Source: Candidatus Micrarchaeota archaeon (GTDB lineage: Archaea > Micrarchaeota > Micrarchaeia > Micrarchaeales > CABMGC01). From it: DNA of 46,743 bases. The notes under the pieces are model-generated. The model did no database searches. It saw only the letters and a list, made by a program, of their open reading frames with translations, and had not been told where the DNA came from. Location of the stretch: the NCBI GenBank assembly GCA_021803425.1, contig JAJZLN010000014.1:1-46743 (forward strand), in the 5' to 3' direction. Positions within the stretch are counted from its first letter, which is position 1, and each line of letters begins with the position of its first letter. A program made the position numbers and the translations under genes. Positions 1 through 9,249 of this stretch are shown here, piece after piece.

Positions 1-1
1 A

Positions 2-3000
2 GTTGGAATAAGCTATGACTCAACTTCACAATCTGCAAGTGCGTCTCTGACATCTGGAAATTATGGCCTGCTGCTGCAGAAGAGTGCTGATTCATTTGCG
101 TATCAGAGCGGCACCGCAGCGCTTAACACGCTTTTCAAGTATGAGTACAACTCAATGCTAAGGAAGGACAACTTCATTTCAAACTTCACGCAGTACATGC
201 AATACCTCATGTCTAACGGAATGCTCCCAAATGTACCTCCGGGATCCAGCGATGCAAGGCAGATATCAAATATGATGGGCAGTCTTACCTTCTCTGCATA
301 CAATGACAACATATCGGCGGTTACGGGCACAGGCTCCACTTCAGTCAACATGATCGAAACAACGCCCCAGATTTCGCAAACAAATCCCTATTCAATATCA
401 ATAAAATATTCAGAGTATCTGAGGATAAATTCTTCTTCAGGCACATATTCATTCACGATACCTGTCAATGTGTCAATACCGCTAAACAACACTCCTGACC
501 TGTTCTTTGCGCAGCAGGGCATATACCGACCGATAAAATTTGCAGGTACATCAGGGCTTGCTACCGTGATCGGCGGAGACTATGCAACATATGGAAACAC
601 TAGCGGTTTTGTATACGGTACAGTCTATGCAATACCCAGCCCTACGTCATGCTCGTTTTCCGCAATACCATCTTCATTTCAATCCCCTCCATACAGCACG
701 CAGCTCATAATAGTAACTCCTGATGCTGATAAGATAACATCTGGTTGCCCTGGCCTTAGTGCATATGGCGGACTGATAACAGACAATGCAATGCCAAATC
801 CAGATATTAATGCATACCTTGTCTATAATGCATTGACTTCAAATGTGCTGCAGTACCTTGAAACAGGCCAGCATGCGCTTCTTTACGGCCCTGCCCTTAC
901 CACACTCAACATCACTAATCTGATAAATGCTGTAAACTCAAACAAGTATTTTGCTTCTCCGTTTGCGCCATCCTACATCAGCCGCACAGAAGGCGATTTT
1001 CAGAATCAGTCTGCAGAAGGAATGTACACCTTCTCGCTTCAGGACAGCCAGGCCCTTAGCTTCAACAGCCTTTCACAATACAATCTGCAGTCTACAGAGA
1101 CTCAGGCTTCCGTGGTTGGGTATACTGTTGCAGCATGGGTTTATCCAACATCTCAGAATGGAATCATAATCTCAGACAGGGGCTCGGGAACGGGGCACGG
1201 GCTAATTCTTGGAATAGGCAATGTGCTTGAATGCGGAGGCATGCCTGGAAGTTTTTTCTTCGGTGACAACGGCAATGGGGTAGGATTGGGTTCGAATACA
1301 ATATGGCAGTATCCAATGAATAGATGGTATTTCGTTGCAGGCACGTTCAATGCTCCAACAGGCGGTTCAATATCCAGTTCAGATTTCAATTTATACATAA
1401 ACGGCGTGCCTTCGGCCAAATCGTCATGGTGCAATATCGGTTCAGATACCGCACCGCTTACTGGTTCGGGTGGCATGTAAATCGGCCCAACTGCTCCATT
1501 CACAACGTCACAAGGAGGAGTCCCTTTCAATGGCCTGCTCTCAAACATGCAGGTATACAATTCTGTCCTTTCGCAGCAGCAGATATATCATCTATACCAG
1601 GAAGGGATAGGGGGCGTTCCAATATCAAACACAATGCTATTGGGCTGGTACCCTTTTGATGGAAATCTGAATGATTACGGCGGAAACGGCTACACTGTCA
1701 CATCGCAGGTTCCGGCAAACTTTGTGGTGCTGCCTGGATATGTGAGAGATGGCATCCTCACTGCAAACGCTTCTCAGTATTCATTCCCAATTCCGGGGCT
1801 CGAGAATTGCAACACAAACATCCAATGCGCCAATTATAACACCCCCCATCTTTACTTGGGAGGCATGCCTTTGGGCATAAGCAACGGCGGGATGTCTGCT
1901 GCATACTTCAACGGTCAGACAAGCTACTTTGAGCAGGGTGCAGGATTCAATTCATTCATGTCGGCGTCGCAGCCTTTTTCGATGTCAATATGGGTTGATC
2001 CATTTTCATTAAATGGTGTAATAATAAATGAGCTCGGCCAAAGGCAGGAGTTGCCAGGTACATGGCAGGACACATTCATGGAGCTTTATAAGGGAAATGT
2101 GTATGTGAATGTATGGACATCCGGAGGCAACGTATGTAATCGAATAGGAAGCATACCTGCCGGACAATGGAGCAACATAGTCCTTACTTATTCAGGAAGC
2201 GGTTATTCTTTATCAGGTTACATAAATTATGGTGCGTCAAATACTGTGCATTCAGTCGTAAGGGCAGTGCCTCCTCCTGCAAACAGCATGTTCTATCCGC
2301 TCGGGCTCGCAGCCCCTACAACTTATTGCGGCTCGGAAAGTAACCCTCCCGGCGCTCCGCCATTCTACGGATATATGTCGAATTACCAGGTATATGACAC
2401 TGCCCTCTCTCAGCAACAGGTTTCCCAGCTCTATTCAGAGGGATTGTCTGGAACACCAGTTGCCCCTGGAAATATAATTGGATGGTGGCCCCTCAACGGA
2501 AACCTTAATGATTATACGAGCAACCAGAATACTGGAGTGGGAAATTCTTTGTCTTTCGCATTTTTGCCGACAAATTATGGGCAGTATTCAACAACACAGT
2601 CTGCTTCACAAAATTCGGTCGGGCTTAGCAATCCATCAGCCACTGAGAGCGAGTGGCAGGCGATGGGCTTTCCCACACAATCCTCTCCTCTCGTGTTCTG
2701 GAATGTGACTGCATGGGTAGTTCCATCGGAAATTTCATCGCCTCCATCATCGCCTACTGTAACCCCCTCAAGCGCTGTTGCAAACCAGCTTGGTGGCTGG
2801 TACTCTGGAATAGTGGGGGGAGACCAGCAATGGAATTTTGCAACCACGGGTCCTATACTATATTATTCAGGATCATTCAATCATTATTTTCAAGCTCAGC
2901 CCTCGTTCTTCCCAAATACCCTAAGCATGCTCAACAACAACAATCCAGTACTGCCTGTGGGCTATACCGCTGTAACATCAATGTATCTCAGCGGAACATA

Positions 3001-3232
3001 TAACTTTGAGATAGCGGTTGATGATGACATGGAGGTTTACTATCGCCCTATTTCGGGAGGTTCATGGACGCAAGTGTTCGGCGGCGCTGCGTGGCCGTCA
3101 GGCGGAGAAGCGACTACGAAATACGGTCCTGTAAGCGTAACATTTACCTCAGGCATGTACCAGATTGCAGTAGTCTACCAGAACATAGAGTATGCCGGAG
3201 TAAGCGAATTCTCAATGTCTCCACAAAACTGA
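2..3232 (+). pseudogene. Large surface adhesin with two LamG/concanavalin-A-like domains and a C-terminal PA14-like domain; 5'-truncated by the window edge and interrupted by one in-frame TAA at 1478-1480 (pseudogene or sequence error)
   Basis: The frame is open from position 2 (VGISYDSTSQ...). ORFs 155..1480 and 1547..3232 are in the same frame and joined by ...TGSGGM*IGPTAPFTTSQGGVPFNGLLSNMQVYN. LamG motifs: YTVAAWVYP, WYFVAGTF, FSMSIWVDP, MSNYQVYDTALSQQQV, GWWPLNGNLNDY. PA14-like C-terminus: GTYNFEIAVDDDMEVY...GMYQIAVVY. Confidence 0.8.
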
Positions 3233-3254
3233 CTCAAGTTCTACTTTATTCGTT

Positions 3255-4250
3255 TCACGGAGCTGCCAGTGAGGAGAACAATCCTCCCATTACTGTTGAC
3301 ACTATGAAGAATATTATGAGCCCCAGGACGATGAAGACCGGCATGTAGCGTATGCCCCTTATCGTAGCTCCTGACGTTATAGAGGATATTATGAACGACC
3401 CGAATCCGGTAATTATGATTATTGCGGCAACTGAAAATATGTAATATCCCTGCGGAGTAATAAGGGGCTTGCTGAGTTTTACGAATGATATGCCTATGGA
3501 AGGGAGGTTTGAGAGGCTGTTTACCGATATCTTGGACCACACGTTAGATGTCACCGTAATCATCTGGTTCGTAAGCCCGTAAAGTGTAGGCGCACCTATG
3601 AGTGCGGCGAATGCTATGAATATTGTATACATGAAGAGCTGGCCGGCGACTTCCTTCTGCACTATCTGCTGCCCCCTCAAATCCTTGGCTATCTGATTGA
3701 GCAAATCTGCCATGCCTCCTCCATACTGCTCTGCCTGTATTATGACCCGCACCGTTCTCTTGAGCACCACCGACCGGTATTTTGCAGCAAGGTTGTTGAA
3801 TGCGTTTGCCATTGTCTCCCCGGAATACAGCTGCTTTCCGAAAAGGCGTATGTCGTCCGAGAAATATTTGAATTCCGGTCTCACTGCCATGTTCATTGCC
3901 ATGGATAGTGATACGCCGCTTCGCATATTCGCTGCAGTAAGCTGGAGGTAGTCTGGAAGCACTTCCTCTACAAAGCTCTTCCTCTGTTCAATCATGAGTT
4001 CAAGATAAGAATAAAGCATCACTTCATACATTACGCTCATGCCCATTCCGGCAATGAATGCCAGTCCAAATTGCATGGAAACGAAAAGCACTAGAGAGAA
4101 TGAAACAAGCACGGTTATTATAATCCATCCAATTATCGCTATTCCTATGAATGTGTTTGCTGTTGTCTTAATGCCGGCAAGGTCAAGCTCATCTGATATG
4201 AATCTAGCAACATTCCTTCCAACAAGCCTCTCAAAAACTATCACAGCCAT
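3255..4250 (-). CDS. Type II secretion system F family (TadC/FlaJ-like) membrane platform protein
   Basis: VLPDYLQLTAANMRSGVSL...GGGMADLLNQIAKDLR T2SSF-type pattern, several TM helices, same operon as the secretion ATPase. Confidence 0.88.
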   Translation of the reverse strand: MAVIVFERLVGRNVARFISDELDLAGIKTTANTFIGIAIIGWIIITVLVSFSLVLFVSMQFGLAFIAGMGMSVMYEVMLYSYLELMIEQRKSFVEEVLPDYLQLTAANMRSGVSLSMAMNMAVRPEFKYFSDDIRLFGKQLYSGETMANAFNNLAAKYRSVVLKRTVRVIIQAEQYGGGMADLLNQIAKDLRGQQIVQKEVAGQLFMYTIFIAFAALIGAPTLYGLTNQMITVTSNVWSKISVNSLSNLPSIGISFVKLSKPLITPQGYYIFSVAAIIIITGFGSFIISSITSGATIRGIRYMPVFIVLGLIIFFIVSTVMGGLFSSLAAP

Positions 4251-4254
4251 AATA

Positions 4255-5274
4255 TCACGTTGCGAATGAAGGCCTCGATGATGACACCATCTTCAGGAAT
4301 ACGAACTGTAGGAACGCAAGCCCGACCACAGCAAGTATCAGGGTCTGGTTGCTTATCGGGAATATGCTTATGAAAGTAGACATTATCGATGCAACCGCAA
4401 GGCCCATGCTCGGGAATATGACCCCGAATAGCATGTAGAACATTGCAACAGCATTCAGCCTCTGTCCGTATCTCCTGAGCTCTATGACCCTCTCCTGGCT
4501 CGCTTCGCTTATGACTTCCTGTATGGCTCCTATCACATCTGATCCCACTTTTATGCTTGTGCTTGCCTGGAGCATCAGCTTCTTGAACGTTTTAGACTTA
4601 GACTTTGCGCTTACCTCGTCTATAGCCTGCTCCATCGGCATGCCCAGCTGCACCCTGTCTATTATCTTCTCGAACTCCCTGCTCGCAGCCCCGTATCCAA
4701 CGCTTACCGTAGCCATCGCATTGAAAAGAGGTATGCCTGACCTCATGCTCACGATCATGTCCCTTGCCGCGTACAATATGTCCTTTTCAACATCATTGCC
4801 TATGCTCCTTACCTTGTTCATCGGATATGCCACAAGCGCATTGAACGACATCATGTAGACCACTATCGCTATCAGCGGAGCCAGTATCAACAGCTTCTGC
4901 AGCGCGATGTAAAACAATATGCCTGAGACAACTCCTCCAATCACAGCGAAGATCAGCGCCCTAGTTTGGCTCTGCGCCACATACTCCTCGGGCTTCATCT
5001 TTATGCCTATTTCTACCAGTGCCGGCCCAAGATCCTTCTTCGAGCCTGCGACTTTCGATGCGTATGTGCGTTTGGCAGACGCCTGCACCGTAGTATTTTG
5101 TACCGCGTCATTCTGCTGCACTGCTGCGGCAGTATTCGCTTCAGTCGAAGACGTTGAGTATATAGGCTTCGGTTTTATCGTGAAGAACAAGAATTTTTTC
5201 GGCTTTGTGAATCCTACTATCCTTCTTCCAATATCTTGTTTTTTGTTTCCAAACATATTGCTTACCCTACACAT
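4255..5274 (-). CDS. Type II secretion system F family (TadB/TadC-like) membrane platform protein; start may be ATG at 5256
   Basis: DILYAARDMIVSMRSGIPLFNAM...SREFEKIIDRVQLGMPMEQAI T2SSF pattern; TM helices. Confidence 0.88.
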   Translation of the reverse strand: MCRVSNMFGNKKQDIGRRIVGFTKPKKFLFFTIKPKPIYSTSSTEANTAAAVQQNDAVQNTTVQASAKRTYASKVAGSKKDLGPALVEIGIKMKPEEYVAQSQTRALIFAVIGGVVSGILFYIALQKLLILAPLIAIVVYMMSFNALVAYPMNKVRSIGNDVEKDILYAARDMIVSMRSGIPLFNAMATVSVGYGAASREFEKIIDRVQLGMPMEQAIDEVSAKSKSKTFKKLMLQASTSIKVGSDVIGAIQEVISEASQERVIELRRYGQRLNAVAMFYMLFGVIFPSMGLAVASIMSTFISIFPISNQTLILAVVGLAFLQFVFLKMVSSSRPSFAT

Positions 5275-5884
5275 TCAATTTTGAGGTTATCTCCTTCAAT
5301 CTGCCTTCCCTGATCATGTATAATCCTCTTTGGAACTCATCCTTGGGCAGTACACCCCTATTTTTCGCAAGCCCCTTAATTTCAATAATTATTATCGACA
5401 TCTGTTCCTTGCTGAATGATCCCGAATCGATGCCTCTGCTTATTTTCTCAAGTTCGCTTATCTGGTCCTGCAGCGACAGATTTGTTAGAATAAGCTTGCT
5501 TTTGCCGCTCCCTGTTTTAATATGCATTGAAAAAGTGTTTTCAGCGGCAGAAATAAGCTCTTTAAGCTCCTTTGCAACAACCTCCTTTTCTCTCGATACG
5601 TCTATGCTTTTGAATCTGCCCTGCAAGCCTGCGCCAGCAGGCGGGCTTCCAGCATCATGTTTCGTCGTTTTTGAGGCGCTATCCGAGTTTGCGCCCTGCG
5701 GCATTTTTCCCTGCTCCATATCAATGCTGTTCACATAATTTATTACTTTAAGCGCATCACCGCTGTCGCAATCAAGTATCCCTATCTCCGGGCCAAGTTC
5801 GTATATGTCTATGGAAATAGACTTCATCTCTGTGTCATACGCCTCGCAGCTTTTTATAAATTCTACATATTCATTGTAATCCAT
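5267..5884 (-). CDS. Hypothetical soluble protein in the pilus operon
   Basis: 205-aa ORF packed between the ATPase and TadC genes on the same strand; no recognisable motif. Confidence 0.7.
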   Translation of the reverse strand: MDYNEYVEFIKSCEAYDTEMKSISIDIYELGPEIGILDCDSGDALKVINYVNSIDMEQGKMPQGANSDSASKTTKHDAGSPPAGAGLQGRFKSIDVSREKEVVAKELKELISAAENTFSMHIKTGSGKSKLILTNLSLQDQISELEKISRGIDSGSFSKEQMSIIIIEIKGLAKNRGVLPKDEFQRGLYMIREGRLKEITSKLNV

Positions 5885-5893
5885 ATCTACACA

Positions 5894-7399
5894 TCATAGC
5901 ATGTCATTTGTAAACTTCACTTTGTCCGCAGCAAGCTTCACTATCTTATCCCTGTCCTTGTAGTACTGCGCTATAACGTTGCCTGCCTCGTCTACTCCCG
6001 TTATGTTATTTTCTATCATCCAATTCAATACCGATATCTTCTCCTGCACCTCATCCATAAGCTCCTTGTACGTGTATCCTCCATACAGCGCTATTATTTC
6101 GGCAAGCCTTGTCATCTCCGCTATCTTTCCGAATGAGTCGCTCTTTATGTTCCACCTGTACAATACGTTGGCATCTCCCGTATTCGTCATCTCACCGAAT
6201 TCAAGCGTTCTCCTTAATCCGAGCCTCCTGTGCCTGAACAGCGTCACTATGCCTCCCACGGAATTCAGAAGTATCTTCGGCAGCTCTATCGGGGGATTTG
6301 TCATTCTTATTACGGTATCCTGCACATTGTCCGCGTGTATCGTGCCGTATACTGCATGTCCTGTGTGTATTGCCTCGAAAAGCGTCTGTGCATCCCATTT
6401 GGTCCTGATCTCTCCGACAAGTATTATATCCGGCCTCTGCCTCAATGCGTTAATCATTAGGTTATAAAGGCTTATCTCCCCCTTCCCTTCGGGATTCGGC
6501 TGCCTTGTGAGCATAGGCACCCATTGCAGAAATTTGGGCAGAGTAAGCTCTCTTGTCTCTTCAATTGATATTATTCTGTGGTTTGGGGGCATGAAGACGC
6601 TCATCGCATTCAGAAAACTAGTTTTTCCGCTTGCTGTTCCTCCTGATATAAGCACGCTTATCTCATTCTGTATGCATGTCCATATTATTGCCGCGATCTC
6701 ATGCGAAACCGTGTTGTTTGCCACGAGTGCAGGCATGGTCCACGGATTCTTAGAGAATTTTCTTATTGTTATCGTATTCCCTCCCTGCGATACTGGATAG
6801 AGCGTGGCATTTACTCTTGATCCGTCGCTGAGTTCGGCGTCCATCAGCGGAGCAAGCGTGTTTATCTCCCTTCCGACCCTCCTTCCTATCTGCTCTGCGT
6901 CATCATATATCAGTTCTTCGTTGATGAACTTCAAGTTCGATTTGCACCATCCATATTTTTTGTGGAATACCCAAACTCCCTCTTTCGACGAATTTACTGC
7001 TATCTCTTCTAAGTTATCGTCAGCAAGTATGACCTCGAGGTCTCCAAGTCCAAGCATTATGTTTATTATGTACGCTATGAGTATGGCCTTTGTTTCAGGA
7101 TGCGTGCCTGGCAGGTACTTGTCTATTACAATAGAAGCCGCGGCAGTGTATTTTACTGTAAGCTCCCGGACATAATTTGAATCGGCTATCTTTGTTGGGT
7201 CTATGGGCACTATGCTCAGGAGTTCCTGCCTCAGAGAAAGTATAAGTATCCTTGTCGCTTCGCCAATGCCTGGCATTGTTATGTCATAATTCGGTACAAA
7301 TTCTCCCCTGTCAATTATACGTATGTCTGCCGTTATGCCGTGCGCATTAAGTTCATAGGAAGCAAGCACCTTTTCAATATGTTTATCTTCTCCAGCCAT
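5894..7399 (-). CDS. Type IV pilus/secretion ATPase (VirB11/CpaF/FlaI family)
   Basis: Walker A GGTASGKT, Asp box SIEETREL, ALRQRPDIILVGEIR, His box HTGHAVYGTIHAD. Confidence 0.95.
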   Translation of the reverse strand: MAGEDKHIEKVLASYELNAHGITADIRIIDRGEFVPNYDITMPGIGEATRILILSLRQELLSIVPIDPTKIADSNYVRELTVKYTAAASIVIDKYLPGTHPETKAILIAYIINIMLGLGDLEVILADDNLEEIAVNSSKEGVWVFHKKYGWCKSNLKFINEELIYDDAEQIGRRVGREINTLAPLMDAELSDGSRVNATLYPVSQGGNTITIRKFSKNPWTMPALVANNTVSHEIAAIIWTCIQNEISVLISGGTASGKTSFLNAMSVFMPPNHRIISIEETRELTLPKFLQWVPMLTRQPNPEGKGEISLYNLMINALRQRPDIILVGEIRTKWDAQTLFEAIHTGHAVYGTIHADNVQDTVIRMTNPPIELPKILLNSVGGIVTLFRHRRLGLRRTLEFGEMTNTGDANVLYRWNIKSDSFGKIAEMTRLAEIIALYGGYTYKELMDEVQEKISVLNWMIENNITGVDEAGNVIAQYYKDRDKIVKLAADKVKFTNDML

Positions 7400-7408
7400 T
7401 TATACAAC

Positions 7409-8614
7409 TCACTTTCCCTTCCCTATGTTATTCACTTTATCTTCGAACTTAGATACCTTTTCGCCAAGCTCCAAAGTCGATCGCGATGTGTCCTTAACCC
7501 TTGATCTTACCTTTGCTTTAGCTGCACTGGGATTTACCTTAGATTCTTTTGCATTTTTCGCTTCCTGCCTGAGCTTTGACATCTCCATGATTATCCTGTC
7601 CTTCTCTTTGGTTATCTCACCAAGCTCTTTCTTTATCGCAACAAGGTTGTCATTGAGCGTGCTCAACTCTCCTATGTCTTTCTTCATATTGCTTACCCTT
7701 GCATTCAACTCCCTTATCTGCGCCTCTGATCCTACTTTAAGCCTGTCTATCTCAGAGGACCATCGCGTCATTTCATCAAGCATCGACATGCCGCTTCGCT
7801 CCATGAGCTTCTTGGTATTTTCTGTCTTTCTCTTGTAATCCACGTTAAGCTTGTCATATTCGCGTATTTGCCTGTCTTCAAATGCAAGTATATCCTTAAG
7901 CTGATCATGCTTCTCTCTCATGCTTTTTGATATGTCTAGGGCATTTTTCCTGTATTGGTATACCATGCTCTCAAGCGATTTCGAGAGGTCGGCCATGTTC
8001 TTCTCATATGCTGCCAGCGAGTCGTGTATCTCCTGCGTTATGGCCTTTGCATTGTTTGTATCCACTGAGAATGAGGATAGCTCTACAGCATATTTCTGCG
8101 TAGCCTCAAAATCCTTCTTTGCAGTTTCAGATATTTCCGCTATCCTCTTCGATCGCGATTCCATCTTCTTTCCGTATCCGTCTATATAACTATCAAGTTT
8201 GTTGAGTTTATCCAATATTTCGCTCACATCCTTGTATTTCGTTTTGAATAGCTGGTCTATGCTTGCGGCAGATTTGTTGAATGCATCAATGCGTGAAGCT
8301 ATCTGTGTGACTATTGACGACTGGGCGTCTATTTCTGCCTCAATCTCAATCTCTTCAGCCTGCTTTGCTTCCGTCCCTGCAATGCCCTGCCGTCCCGGGG
8401 TCGTCGGCGCTATGTATAATTTACCTCCCTTATGTACCAACTTAACAACGCCTGCTTTCTCAAGCACGCTGGCAAATTCAAGTATGACCGACTCGCTCAT
8501 ATGCAGTGCGCCAACAAGTACAGGCAGGCTGGATTCTCCATGCTCGTTTATATACGCCAATAATGCGTCTATGCTGGTCTTTACCTCCTGGACCGCCATC
8601 CAATCACTCACCAT
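7409..8614 (-). CDS. Long coiled-coil protein with an N-terminal winged-helix-like domain; first gene of the pilus operon
   Basis: N-terminus IDALLAYINEHGESSLPVLVGALHMSESVILEFASVLEKAGVVKL is wHTH-like; the remaining ~300 aa are K/E-rich heptads. Confidence 0.75.
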   Translation of the reverse strand: MVSDWMAVQEVKTSIDALLAYINEHGESSLPVLVGALHMSESVILEFASVLEKAGVVKLVHKGGKLYIAPTTPGRQGIAGTEAKQAEEIEIEAEIDAQSSIVTQIASRIDAFNKSAASIDQLFKTKYKDVSEILDKLNKLDSYIDGYGKKMESRSKRIAEISETAKKDFEATQKYAVELSSFSVDTNNAKAITQEIHDSLAAYEKNMADLSKSLESMVYQYRKNALDISKSMREKHDQLKDILAFEDRQIREYDKLNVDYKRKTENTKKLMERSGMSMLDEMTRWSSEIDRLKVGSEAQIRELNARVSNMKKDIGELSTLNDNLVAIKKELGEITKEKDRIIMEMSKLRQEAKNAKESKVNPSAAKAKVRSRVKDTSRSTLELGEKVSKFEDKVNNIGKGK

Positions 8615-8750
8615 TAAATTAATCTTTAAGCTTATAAAGATTAACTACGCTTTTCGCAGGGCAGACTGAATGATACAGCAACTGACCCATGAAAATAAGA
8701 TTCCCGGATCGTTAATGCAATAATATTTAAAATGCGCATCCTGAAGATAC

Positions 8751-8766
8751 GAAAGGTATTTAAAGA
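8751..8766 (+). promoter_or_regulatory. Archaeal BRE-TATA promoter for the pilin gene, in the divergent intergenic region
   Basis: gaaaggTATTTAAAga about 40-50 nt upstream of ATG 8805. Confidence 0.55.
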
Positions 8767-8804
8767 AGATTGCTTCATACTTACTGCGTATAAAAGTTGG
8801 TAAA

Positions 8805-9191
8805 ATGGCATTGATGGAAAAAATAAGCAGGTATTATTTCATTGTAATGGCGCTTATAGGCGTATCGATATTCTTCGGCCAGGTGGCTGCCCAGTCCTCT
8901 GCCGTTGCCGTTACAACTTCCACGTTGTGTGGCATAATAGGCGGAGTGCGATCGGTGGTGGGAGTCATAGCGCTTGTGCTTTTCATAGTTGGTGGAGCAC
9001 TTTATGCAGTAGCGCACATGATGCCTGCTGCAGGAAATCTCAGGGGAAACGTTCAGGGATGGTCCTTGGGAATGATAGTTGGAGGGATAGTCGGGCTAAT
9101 AATAGTGCTGATTGCTCCTGCTATAATAGGTGCAATAGCCGGTGTCTCGCTTAGCGGATCCGGATCTATAACAAGTCCAAGCTGCATCTGA
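8805..9191 (+). CDS. VirB2/TrbC/CedA1-like conjugative-type pilin
   Basis: Signal peptide ending VAA|Q, then two hydrophobic helices joined by a short loop (VIALVLFIVGGALYAVAHMMPAAGNLRGNVQGWSLGMIVGGIVGLIIVLIAP); 128 aa; no class III prepilin cleavage site. Confidence 0.7.
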   Translation: MALMEKISRYYFIVMALIGVSIFFGQVAAQSSAVAVTTSTLCGIIGGVRSVVGVIALVLFIVGGALYAVAHMMPAAGNLRGNVQGWSLGMIVGGIVGLIIVLIAPAIIGAIAGVSLSGSGSITSPSCI

Positions 9192-9249
9192 TAAATTTCA
9201 TGCGGAATGCAGCATGATTATGCTGCATCAAAGCTCCTATGGTTAATTA

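Noticed and set aside
1478-1480. Stop-codon reassignment or Sec/Pyl readthrough
   Set aside because: The codon is TAA, not TGA or TAG, and TAA terminates clearly conserved genes in this window; only one instance was seen
3255-8614. Archaellum operon
   Set aside because: No archaellins or FlaH/FlaF/FlaG; two separate TadC-like genes fit a pilus system
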